Assembly (NCBI GenBank): GCA_038205935.1
Contig: JBBRBK010000070.1
Location: 1-10,602 of the forward strand
Length of the DNA stretch: 10,602 bases
Direction of reading: 5' to 3'
Origin: Campylobacterales bacterium
Lineage (GTDB): Bacteria; Campylobacterota; Campylobacteria; Campylobacterales; Sulfurimonadaceae
Shown one piece after another: positions 1 to 8,837 of this stretch. The stretch's first letter is position 1; each line of letters opens with the position of its first letter. Under the pieces are notes generated by a model, which made no database searches, had not been told where the DNA came from, and worked only from the letters and a program-made list of their open reading frames with translations. The translations under genes and the position numbers were made by a program.

Positions 1-71
1 CATTACAAAAAAAGAATCAAGAGATCATCAATCTTCTCAAAGTGTATGGTGCGGTTGTAGATAAAGAATAA
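1..71 (+). CDS. 3' end of a probable ankyrin-repeat protein (partial, starts before the window)
   Basis: Manual translation from position 3 gives LQKKNQEIINLLKVYGAVVDKE* with TAA at 69-71. This fits the ankyrin second-helix pattern N-x-E-I-I-x-L-L-x-x-x-G-A-x-V-D. Only 22 codons are visible and it is not in the ORF track. Confidence 0.6.
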   Translation, partial: LQKKNQEIINLLKVYGAVVDKE

Positions 72-77
72 AATAGC

Positions 78-827
78 TTAATGTGCTAATATCGTCCACA
101 TAAGGCCGATATACTCATGCATCGCTACTTGAGAGTTTTCAAATGACTCAATATCTGGTTTCATCCAAAATGATTTAATATTTTGTTTTTTAAAATCCGT
201 AGGTGCTGGAATTGGATTTAGTCCGTTATCTCTAAAAAGTTTTACAGCTCTTAACATATGTGTAGCTGATGTCACTAATATAAAGGGCTTGTCTCCGACT
301 ATACTTTTTGCAAAAATTGCTTCTTCTTTGGTATCTTTAGGCTTTGGATTGATTATTATATCTGTCTTAGCCACACCTAACGCGAGTACCATTTGAGAGT
401 TTATCTCTGCACAAGAAATATTCGAATCGCTTGAATAGCCAGTAAGAATCAATTTAGCATTTGAATATTTTTTTTGAAGTAAAACACCCTCTACAACTCT
501 TTTTAAACTCGTATTGCCAATCATACTAGAAAGGGGTTGAGTTGTGTCATCATTATTGCCATTCCCAAGAACATGAATATAAGAGATATTTGCATCAGTT
601 GTTTCAAACTTCCCATAAACATCTTCAAGATTTTCAACCAATAGATTTGAAAATGGAGGATAGGAAAATAAAAATAGTAATACAAAAGAGAAAGAGAGAA
701 AAATTTTCGCTTTTGTAAAACGACTTTTATATAAGAAATAAAGACCAACAAAGAAAAAAAGTATAACAAGTCCATACGGTTCAACAAAAAATGAGACAGT
801 TTTTTTCAAAATAAAAAGAGAATCCAA
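78..827 (-). CDS. elyC: ElyC/YdcF (DUF218) family envelope biogenesis protein
   Basis: N-terminal LFILKK followed by two hydrophobic segments. Motifs IHVLGNG, LILTG, PKDTKEEA, FILVTSATHMLRA, GLNPIPAP and HEYIGLMW match ElyC-type DUF218 proteins. TTG start with AAGGA Shine-Dalgarno at 834-838. Confidence 0.85.
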   Translation of the reverse strand: MDSLFILKKTVSFFVEPYGLVILFFFVGLYFLYKSRFTKAKIFLSFSFVLLFLFSYPPFSNLLVENLEDVYGKFETTDANISYIHVLGNGNNDDTTQPLSSMIGNTSLKRVVEGVLLQKKYSNAKLILTGYSSDSNISCAEINSQMVLALGVAKTDIIINPKPKDTKEEAIFAKSIVGDKPFILVTSATHMLRAVKLFRDNGLNPIPAPTDFKKQNIKSFWMKPDIESFENSQVAMHEYIGLMWTILAH

Positions 828-858
828 AATATTTCCTTACATGTAAAGATATTAAACA

Positions 859-2052
<1,194 letters not shown>

Positions 2053-2053
2053 T

Positions 2054-2076
2054 TATAATAGCGAAAAAATTAGGAG
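2054..2076 (+). promoter_or_regulatory. Putative sigma70 -10 box (TATAAT 2054-2059) and SD (AGGAG 2072-2076) for the 216-aa hypothetical gene
   Basis: Perfect TATAAT, and AGGAG 8 nt before the ATG at 2085. Confidence 0.65.
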
Positions 2077-2084
2077 TTAGTTTT

Positions 2085-2735
2085 ATGAAAAAATTCAATC
2101 TTTTTAACGAAATCATCGTGGTAAATAAAAGCGATCTTCTAAGTGCAATCAATTTAGCAAAAACATTTGGAATCAATATACACGGAGAAATTCTTTTTCC
2201 TCCTTTTGCAAATAGTGAAATGCTTATTTATGAAGGTGAGCATACAAAAGCTCCAAATATGGGTATTGCCATGCCAAAACCTCTCAATCTTGAAACTGTT
2301 TTAGGCAAAGATCTTAAAGTGGTCGTAGATGATGAGAGAATTCTTATAAAAGCTGCTCCGGCATGGCAAAATATCATCAAACTCAATGTACTTCGCGCTT
2401 CATATGATGACACAACAGGAGATGGAATTTCAGAATTTTCATCAAAAGAACTAGAAGATCTAGGTTGGCACGCAACAGAGTTTAATATCCCATACAGAAC
2501 GCTCGTTGATCTTATTGAAGCTGATTGCGATGGAACATTATTATGTATTGAGCGCGCTGAACCTTACCAATTTAGTGGTCTGGGATTTATAGCTGATGAT
2601 AAAGAAGCGTATGAGATAGCATATAAATATACCCAAGAGCAAATCAAAGATTTAATTGAAAATGATGAAGATTACGCAGCAGACTCACTCAACAGCGATG
2701 AAAAAGATGCAGCAATATATTTTAAAGTGCTGTAG
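2085..2735 (+). CDS. Hypothetical acidic cytoplasmic protein (216 aa)
   Basis: Long ORF with strong SD and its own -10 box. No signal peptide, transmembrane segment or recognised motif. The C-terminal half is Asp/Glu-rich. Confidence 0.85.
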   Translation: MKKFNLFNEIIVVNKSDLLSAINLAKTFGINIHGEILFPPFANSEMLIYEGEHTKAPNMGIAMPKPLNLETVLGKDLKVVVDDERILIKAAPAWQNIIKLNVLRASYDDTTGDGISEFSSKELEDLGWHATEFNIPYRTLVDLIEADCDGTLLCIERAEPYQFSGLGFIADDKEAYEIAYKYTQEQIKDLIENDEDYAADSLNSDEKDAAIYFKVL

Positions 2736-3123
2736 GTTTTTTACTTAAATATCTTTCTAAAATAATCATAGCCGAGATGGAATCGATTCTTCCGTCTCTT
2801 TTATACTTTATCTGCCCCTTCATAAGAGCTTCTGCTTCAAGTGAAGAGTTGCTCTCATCTTGATAAAAAACTTCACCTTTAAAATCAACAAGATTCATAA
2901 AATGTGCCACGCGGCGACGCATCTCATCCTCTGAACTTCCACCCATTGGGATACCAACAACTACAGCGTCCGCGCTCCACTCATCTATTACTGCTTTAAC
3001 TGCCGCTGAGGCCTGATCGCGATTTTTACGTTCTACTGCGTCAAGTGGAGAAACCATCTTGCCATCAGGCGAATACGCGAGCCCAATGCGCTTTAAACCA
3101 AGATCAATACATATAAATTTCAA
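2722..3123 (-). CDS. ruvX: RuvX/YqgF family nuclease (putative pre-16S rRNA nuclease)
   Basis: ICIDLGLKRIGLA, VVVGIP, QDESNSSLEAE and RIDSISAMIILERYL are YqgF RNase H-fold motifs. TTG start 2 nt after the mnmE stop. Confidence 0.93.
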   Translation of the reverse strand: MKFICIDLGLKRIGLAYSPDGKMVSPLDAVERKNRDQASAAVKAVIDEWSADAVVVGIPMGGSSEDEMRRRVAHFMNLVDFKGEVFYQDESNSSLEAEALMKGQIKYKRDGRIDSISAMIILERYLSKKPTAL

Positions 3124-3125
3124 AG

Positions 3126-4469
3126 TTATTTACCCAAACAGAAACTACCAAACATTTTGTCAAGCATCTCATCATTTTCAAAAGGTCTTGTGATAGAGCT
3201 CATCGCATTAATGGCTTCTATGACATGAAAAGAAAATATCTCCAGTTCTCCATCCACCAGTGGTTCTTTTGCTTCAGTGATGGCATTTAGAGCTTTTTTG
3301 ACAGCTTCACTTTGACGTAAAGATATCAACATCATCTCATCTGAGGAGTTATTTTGATCGATAATTTTTTCCAAATTTGCTACAAGTTTTTCTGCACTCT
3401 CTTTGGAATTTTGCTCTAAATACTCATAATGTTTTAGTTTTGATACATCAAACTTAGATAGCAAATCAGCTTTATTCAAAATAACTATCAACTCTTTTGA
3501 GTCTTGATATTTTTTAAGCCACTCTAAAATTACATCATCTTCGCTATCAGACTCTCTTGAATTATCAAAAAGTGCAACGACTATGTCACTTTTTTCTATC
3601 GCTTCAATAGAACGCTCGATGCCGATACGCTCGATCTCATCGCTTGCATCGCGTATACCCGCGGTGTCGATAATACGGATCAAATGCGTACCTATCTTAA
3701 TCTGTTCTTCTATCGTATCACGCGTCGTGCCTGCGATCTCGCTTACGATAGCACGGTTATAATGAAGTAGCATATTTAACAGTGAGCTTTTGCCGACATT
3801 TGGCTTTCCGATGATGGAAACTTTAAATCCCTGCATCAAACCTTGTCTTGATTCGCTTGCTTTAAGTGTTTTAAAAAGCCTTACATGTAAGCCATCAAGT
3901 TTAGCGATAATCTGATCAACTAAGTCCTGAGGCAAATCCTCTTCAGCATAATCGATACTGACTTCTGAGTACGCTAAAATATGAAGCATCTCATCACGAA
4001 CCTCTTCGACATAATGTTTTAAAGAACCCATCATCTGCGTTGCGAGTATCTTTGCCGCATCTTCACTCTTTGCTTCGATGAGTTTAGAGATCGCTTCGGC
4101 TTCACTGAGATCAATGCGTCCATTAAAAAATGCTCGTTTACTAAATTCTCCAGGATTTGCTAGTCTAGCCCCTGCTTCAAGCGTTGCCCTTAAAATAAGC
4201 TCAGCAACGATAAATCCTCCATGACACTGGATCTCGACCACATCTTCTGCAGTAAAGCTTTGCGGCCCTTGAAAATAGATAACAATCGCTTCATCAAGAA
4301 GTTCTTGTTTTTGATTGTAAATAGGTGTGAGGGTTGCATATCTGACTTTAAAATCAGACTTACATGTAAGCTGTTTTACTATGGCTAAAGCTTTATCACC
4401 ACTGATTCTTACAATACTGATAGAACCTATCCCATGTGCTGTTGCAACAGCACTGATGGTATCTTGCAT
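3126..4469 (-). CDS. mnmE: tRNA uridine-34 modification GTPase MnmE (TrmE), 447 aa
   Basis: DTISAVATAHGIGSISIVRISG, SFTAEDVVEIQCHGG, G1 GKPNVGKSSL, G2 GTTRD, G3 DTAG, G4 NKAD and C-terminal FCLGK. Start placed at ATG 4469, 1 nt after the jag stop. Confidence 0.98.
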   Translation of the reverse strand: MQDTISAVATAHGIGSISIVRISGDKALAIVKQLTCKSDFKVRYATLTPIYNQKQELLDEAIVIYFQGPQSFTAEDVVEIQCHGGFIVAELILRATLEAGARLANPGEFSKRAFFNGRIDLSEAEAISKLIEAKSEDAAKILATQMMGSLKHYVEEVRDEMLHILAYSEVSIDYAEEDLPQDLVDQIIAKLDGLHVRLFKTLKASESRQGLMQGFKVSIIGKPNVGKSSLLNMLLHYNRAIVSEIAGTTRDTIEEQIKIGTHLIRIIDTAGIRDASDEIERIGIERSIEAIEKSDIVVALFDNSRESDSEDDVILEWLKKYQDSKELIVILNKADLLSKFDVSKLKHYEYLEQNSKESAEKLVANLEKIIDQNNSSDEMMLISLRQSEAVKKALNAITEAKEPLVDGELEIFSFHVIEAINAMSSITRPFENDEMLDKMFGSFCLGK

Positions 4470-4470
4470 A

Positions 4471-5445
4471 TTAATATCCGTTGTAATCGTTGATAATGAT
4501 AAACTTGAGGCCATCTCGAGTTGAACGGATAGCAACATATTTATCTGGATAAGTTTCACGAAGTTGTTTTAGAGCTATCTGAACAAGAACGCCATCAAGA
4601 ATCTTTGTTTGTGCGCGCCCTTCTCTTTCAATGGTTTCACAAACACCAATAAGGTAACGAGAAACGGATTCTTCTTGATTTTTCAAGAACTCTGCGATTT
4701 CAAGACGAAGTTGTAGTTGGTATTTTGAATTTATCCAGTTAAATATCATATAAGAAAGTGCTTTATACCTGTAGCCCTCTTTGCCGATTAAAAGAGCTGA
4801 ATCTTCTCCAGATATCTCTACTAAAAGTGTAGATTCATCATAAAGTTTTACATCAATGGCATCAATATCAAAGCAAATAAGTTTGAAAAGTTTATTGATT
4901 TCAGCTTTTACTGTGAGAACAATTTCTTGAGGGGAATATTCTTCAGCATCCTCTTTTTCATTATAAAAATAGTTTTTATCAAACTCATTTTTATAACTTT
5001 CTTTATATTGCTCTGCCGAGAGTTCCTCTTCTAAATACTCATCATCTTGATCACTCACAAATGATGTTGGTAAAATAGTATCATTAAGAATTTTTTGTTC
5101 AGAGGCTCTATTTTGTTTAGCAGAAGATTCACTTTTTTCACTTTTTTTCACTTCTACATAAGCAGGTTTAAGTTTTTTTTCTTTGAGAGGTTCTTGTTTT
5201 TTTTCTTGCTTTATTTCAGCTTTTTTTATAGGTTTTTCTTCAATTTTTGGTTCAATTTTTACTTCTTGTTTTTGAAAATCTTTTTTACATGAAGCAACAA
5301 TAATAGCAGATTTTTTAAAAAAACCTAAAAATCCAGAATTTGGATGTTGCAGAACCTCTACTTGAAGTTCTGTGACAGAGCAGCTGTAATGCAAAGCTGC
5401 TTTTTCATAAGCATCTTGCAGATTAGCTGATTCAATCTTTATCAT
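4471..5445 (-). CDS. jag: Jag/KhpB/EloR family RNA-binding protein (Jag_N + KH + degenerate R3H-like domain), 324 aa
   Basis: Jag_N (KIESANLQDAYEKA...EVLQHPNSGFLGFFKKSAII) and KH GxxG loop (ALLIGKEGYRYKAL). Canonical position between yidC and mnmE. Start placed at ATG 5445 behind a GGAG SD. Confidence 0.9.
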   Translation of the reverse strand: MIKIESANLQDAYEKAALHYSCSVTELQVEVLQHPNSGFLGFFKKSAIIVASCKKDFQKQEVKIEPKIEEKPIKKAEIKQEKKQEPLKEKKLKPAYVEVKKSEKSESSAKQNRASEQKILNDTILPTSFVSDQDDEYLEEELSAEQYKESYKNEFDKNYFYNEKEDAEEYSPQEIVLTVKAEINKLFKLICFDIDAIDVKLYDESTLLVEISGEDSALLIGKEGYRYKALSYMIFNWINSKYQLQLRLEIAEFLKNQEESVSRYLIGVCETIEREGRAQTKILDGVLVQIALKQLRETYPDKYVAIRSTRDGLKFIIINDYNGY

Positions 5446-7033
5446 CTGTTTTCTCCAATTGCTTATCATCACTGATTACCGGTGCTTTTTCAAACTGCTT
5501 ATTTACTATAAACTGCTGTCCGATAGAAAACAAGTTGTTAATAAACCAGTACAGAACAAGACCTGAAGGAAATGTTACAAAGAAGAATGTAAAGATAACT
5601 GGTAAAAATTTAAATACTTTTTCTTGTAATGGATCTGTGAAATTACTAGGAGTAATTTTTTGCTGATAATACATTGTAGCGCCCATAAGTATTGGTAAAA
5701 TAAACAGATGATCCATACGAGAAAGATCTTGAACCCATAATATCCAAGGAGCACCTTGAAGTTCGGGAGCATTTAAAAATACGCGGTACATCGCAAAAAA
5801 TACTGGAATTTGTAAAACCATCGGCAAACAACCACCAAGAGGATTTGCACCATGTTTTTTATACATTTCCATAACAGCGGCATTCGTACGTTGTGGATCA
5901 CCTTTGTACTTTGCTTGTAACTCTTTGATCTTAGGTGATATCTGCTTCATTTTTTGCATAGATACCATACCTTTGTACGTCAAAGGATATAAAACCATGC
6001 GAACCAAAGCAGTAAGACCGATAATAGCCCATCCCCAGTTACCAAAAATAGAATCTAACCATGCCAAAACAGCAAAAAGTGGACGTGAAGCAAACGTAAA
6101 CCAGCCATATTCTATAGCATTGACTAGAACTGGATCAATTGATTTAAGAGTCGAATATGTTTTTGCTCCAATATAACCATGAAGCGTAATCTCACGAGGT
6201 GCATCAATATAGGTACGAGGATCTCCATTTTTATCACGATCAACTAAAACATTGAGCTTTTTATCAAAGCCATAAAGAATATTTGCAAAATATTGATCAA
6301 ATGCAGAGATAAGGTGAACATCAGTAAAAGTTGAACGCCCTTCTACATCACCATCTTTAAAAATTGTAGTTTTTCCATCACCATAGTAAACCATAGCTCC
6401 AGCAACTGTCATCATTTTCTTTTCAATTTTTGGACGTTGTCCAAGATCTAGGTAGTAACGTGCATCATTAGATAGCACAACTTTTGCATCATAATGACCA
6501 TCTTTATAAAATGTAAAAGTTTTTGTAACTGTCAGCTTTGAAAGCGTTTGTGTTAAAACAACACTTTGAGGTTTGTCACCAAGTGTTAAGGTTGCAACAT
6601 CAGTAGTATAAGGAACTTTAACAGCTTCTTCATTTAATGTATTATCTGCAAATCTTACTAAAAGAGGTTTCACACTATCTGCATCTATAAGCTCAGCATG
6701 TTGTCCCTCTGCTTTATCATATTTTTTTTGTAACATAATATGTGAGGAAATACGTCCCAAAGTATCTATAGTCATAGTAAAATCATCTGATTTTACAGTT
6801 ACCAAGCCTACTTTATTTCCAGTGCTCAGGCTGTTATCAAGCTTGACAGATGCATCTGTCACAACTGGCGACTGCTCTTGTGCAACTGCTGGCGTGGCAC
6901 TTGCCTCCTTTGTTACATTATTTTCCGCCAAAGTGGGTTTTGGAGGAAATATTGTCGTATAACCTATAAAAAATACAAACGATAGCCCAACAGCTACCAA
7001 CAATCTCTGATTTGAAGTTAATTTCTCAAACAC
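5432..7033 (-). CDS. yidC: Membrane protein insertase YidC
   Basis: N-terminal transmembrane anchor, large periplasmic domain, then IEYGWF, GNWGWAII, NPLGGCLP, FPSGLVLYWFINN and QQ motifs. GTG start 2 nt after the yidD stop. Confidence 0.98.
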   Translation of the reverse strand: MFEKLTSNQRLLVAVGLSFVFFIGYTTIFPPKPTLAENNVTKEASATPAVAQEQSPVVTDASVKLDNSLSTGNKVGLVTVKSDDFTMTIDTLGRISSHIMLQKKYDKAEGQHAELIDADSVKPLLVRFADNTLNEEAVKVPYTTDVATLTLGDKPQSVVLTQTLSKLTVTKTFTFYKDGHYDAKVVLSNDARYYLDLGQRPKIEKKMMTVAGAMVYYGDGKTTIFKDGDVEGRSTFTDVHLISAFDQYFANILYGFDKKLNVLVDRDKNGDPRTYIDAPREITLHGYIGAKTYSTLKSIDPVLVNAIEYGWFTFASRPLFAVLAWLDSIFGNWGWAIIGLTALVRMVLYPLTYKGMVSMQKMKQISPKIKELQAKYKGDPQRTNAAVMEMYKKHGANPLGGCLPMVLQIPVFFAMYRVFLNAPELQGAPWILWVQDLSRMDHLFILPILMGATMYYQQKITPSNFTDPLQEKVFKFLPVIFTFFFVTFPSGLVLYWFINNLFSIGQQFIVNKQFEKAPVISDDKQLEKTDDKD

Positions 7034-7035
7034 AT

Positions 7036-7362
7036 TTACCCTTTAAAAGCAAAATTTTTAATTATATAAAAGCGGTTTTTTTTATTTGGAACCATCCAAT
7101 ATTTTATAGCATCAAGGTCTAATTGTTGGGGCTTTAATCTGAGCTTATCCAAGAGAGGATATTCTATACCACCGTCAAAAAATTGATTGCAACGGAGTAT
7201 TCTAGTCAAAGTGTGGTAAAAAGCACTTGAAATGTTGTTATTTTCAAACTCCCATTTTGCATATTCACTGCAAGTTGGGTAATATCTGCAACTTCCATAT
7301 CCGATAAGCGTAAAAAATCTCTGATATATTCGTAAAAAGGAAAGAAAAAAATTTCTAATCAT
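7036..7362 (-). CDS. yidD: Membrane protein insertion efficiency factor YidD (108 aa)
   Basis: LRIYQRF, CRYYPTCSEYA and RILRCNQFFDGG. Located between rnpA and yidC. Start placed at ATG 7362, overlapping the rnpA end (ATGATTAG). Confidence 0.95.
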   Translation of the reverse strand: MIRNFFLSFLRIYQRFFTLIGYGSCRYYPTCSEYAKWEFENNNISSAFYHTLTRILRCNQFFDGGIEYPLLDKLRLKPQQLDLDAIKYWMVPNKKNRFYIIKNFAFKG

Positions 7363-7672
7363 TGCGTAATACACCAGCTTTTGTAAGAACTTTTTTGAAA
7401 TCATTTTGAAGTGAAAGGTAGGAGGTTTCTTGTAATGCAACTTTAGCAACAAAAATATAAGTGCCGTCGTTTAAATGTGAAGAAAAGTCGCTAAAAAGAG
7501 CTCTAAATCTTCGTTTAGATCGATTTCGAACCACTGCATTACCAATCTTCTTGGTAGCTGTGAATCCTACTCTCTTAACTCCACTAGCAGGAAGATAAAA
7601 AAGCACCACACTGTTTGAGTGTGCATTTTTACCTTTGTTATATACGTATTGAAACTCTTTATGTTGTTTCAA
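7355..7672 (-). CDS. rnpA: Ribonuclease P protein component (start uncertain; may extend to 7690-7702)
   Basis: EFQYVY, RVGFTATKKIGNAVVRNRSKRRFRA (RNR motif) and IFVAK. Located directly after rpmH. Confidence 0.95.
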   Translation of the reverse strand: MKQHKEFQYVYNKGKNAHSNSVVLFYLPASGVKRVGFTATKKIGNAVVRNRSKRRFRALFSDFSSHLNDGTYIFVAKVALQETSYLSLQNDFKKVLTKAGVLRND

Positions 7673-7686
7673 TAATGAAAATTGAC

Positions 7687-7821
7687 TTAAACTGTCAATG
7701 ATTTACGACCTTTAGCGCGACGTGCGTTAATTATTTTACGGCCGTTTTTTGTAGCCATACGAGCTCTGAAACCATGAGTACGCTTACGTGGCGTCTTATG
7801 GGGTTGGTATGTTCTTTTCAT
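7687..7821 (-). CDS. rpmH: 50S ribosomal protein L34 (44 aa)
   Basis: Manual translation [44 protein letters not shown], with AGAGGA SD. Too short for the ORF track. Confidence 0.99.
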   Translation of the reverse strand: MKRTYQPHKTPRKRTHGFRARMATKNGRKIINARRAKGRKSLTV

Positions 7822-7853
7822 GCCAAATCCTCTTTTAAAATTTTAAGTCTGGA

Positions 7854-7876
7854 ATTTTACAAAAATCTTACTTAAA
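7854..7876 (-). promoter_or_regulatory. Putative sigma70 promoter of the rpmH operon
   Basis: The minus strand reads TTTAAGT-AAGA-TTTTTG-TAAAAT (-10 at 7859-7854), the AT-periodic style typical of Campylobacterota RpoD promoters. Confidence 0.65.
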
Positions 7877-7898
7877 TAAGGGTTAAGCAAGGCCTCTA

Positions 7899-7925
7899 TT
7901 AATATTCTCTTTGAATTGTCGATCT
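7899..7925 (+). promoter_or_regulatory. Putative sigma28 (FliA) promoter
   Basis: TTAA (7899-7902) - 15 nt - GTCGATCT (7918-7925), compared with the consensus TAAA-N15-GCCGATAA. Lies 28 nt upstream of the ATG at 7954. Confidence 0.55.
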
Positions 7926-7953
7926 AAATTCATCAACTAAAGAGGAGACTTTT

Positions 7954-8478
7954 ATGAGCACTTCAATTACAATGAACACATATCAATCGCATGATCTGAG
8001 CATTATGATGAAAACATCTAGTGGTGACCTGATCAATATTGATCTTTCCAATAAACAATCTCTTAAGATGCAGAGTCAAAAAGATCAAAACACTACTCAA
8101 TCAACACTTTCATTCTCATCCATGCAGTCATATCAATTTTCCATGCAAACGAATGGGATTGATGCACAGGACAAAAAAGAAATAGCAGCTTTTATGAAAC
8201 AAGCACAACCTTACCTTGATAAATATATGAAAGAACTAGATGATCAAAATACTACATCTCCTTTAAATAAGGTTGCAAAAACCATATCTGATCTCTTTGA
8301 GCCTATGAAAAAGAGTGATCAAAACACGAAAAACTATACTAAAAATAGTATCGTGGATATGTTTGATCAAACTTTAAAAAATTCTAATGATATTTCTAGC
8401 GTTTTTAATCAAATGAAAAATCTTCTCGATAAGACATTGAAGCAGTTTGACAAACTCACAAAAGAGATCTACGCTTAA
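7954..8478 (+). CDS. Hypothetical protein (174 aa; Ser/Thr/Gln/Asn/Met-rich), possibly in the late flagellar regulon
   Basis: Strong GAGGAG SD before the ATG. No Cys, Trp or Arg and no Sec signal. Its stop overlaps the stop of the convergent gene in TTAA 8475-8478. Confidence 0.85.
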   Translation: MSTSITMNTYQSHDLSIMMKTSSGDLINIDLSNKQSLKMQSQKDQNTTQSTLSFSSMQSYQFSMQTNGIDAQDKKEIAAFMKQAQPYLDKYMKELDDQNTTSPLNKVAKTISDLFEPMKKSDQNTKNYTKNSIVDMFDQTLKNSNDISSVFNQMKNLLDKTLKQFDKLTKEIYA

Positions 8479-8822
8479 AGCTTCAAAAACTCTCTTAGTG
8501 GCTGTTCATGCGATTGCTGTGGCGGCGCGGATAGAAGCTCTTCCTTGAGTTTCATATGACAATCTCTACATCCACGTATCACTTTATGTTCAACTATATT
8601 TGGTTTCTCGATTTTTTCAATACTGTGACATGCAAAACAATCACTTCCACAATCCGCCATCTTTGCAGGATTTGCAGAATGGCATTTTATACATGTAAGC
8701 ATAGGTTTATGTCTTGTATCGCTATTAATAGTAGGTACGAGTTTTGGATGACATGTAAGACAATCGCCTGTACACGCCATCAAAGAGATATAAGCTATGA
8801 GTATTAAAGTTATTATTTTCAT
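8475..8822 (-). CDS. Small exported tetra-CXXCH protein, putative tetraheme c-type cytochrome
   Basis: Signal peptide MKIITLILIAYISLMA and four CXXCH motifs (CLTCH, CIKCH, CFACH, CRDCH). Confidence 0.85.
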   Translation of the reverse strand: MKIITLILIAYISLMACTGDCLTCHPKLVPTINSDTRHKPMLTCIKCHSANPAKMADCGSDCFACHSIEKIEKPNIVEHKVIRGCRDCHMKLKEELLSAPPQQSHEQPLREFLKL

Positions 8823-8828
8823 AAAAAA

Positions 8829-8837
8829 ATTATAACC
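8829..8837 (-). promoter_or_regulatory. Putative -10 box (GnTATAAT) positioned for a leaderless transcript of the cytochrome gene
   Basis: The minus strand reads GGT-TATAAT-TTTTTT-ATG. No SD between the -10 box and the ATG. Confidence 0.65.

Noticed and set aside
5173..5227. A7-A8 homopolymer runs in jag as phase-variation tracts
   Set aside because: The frame is intact and such runs are expected from Lys/Glu codons in an AT-rich genome. Campylobacterota contingency loci are mainly poly-G/C.
7822..7953. oriC upstream of rpmH
   Set aside because: No dnaA gene and no DnaA-box cluster. The region is explained by two divergent promoters.
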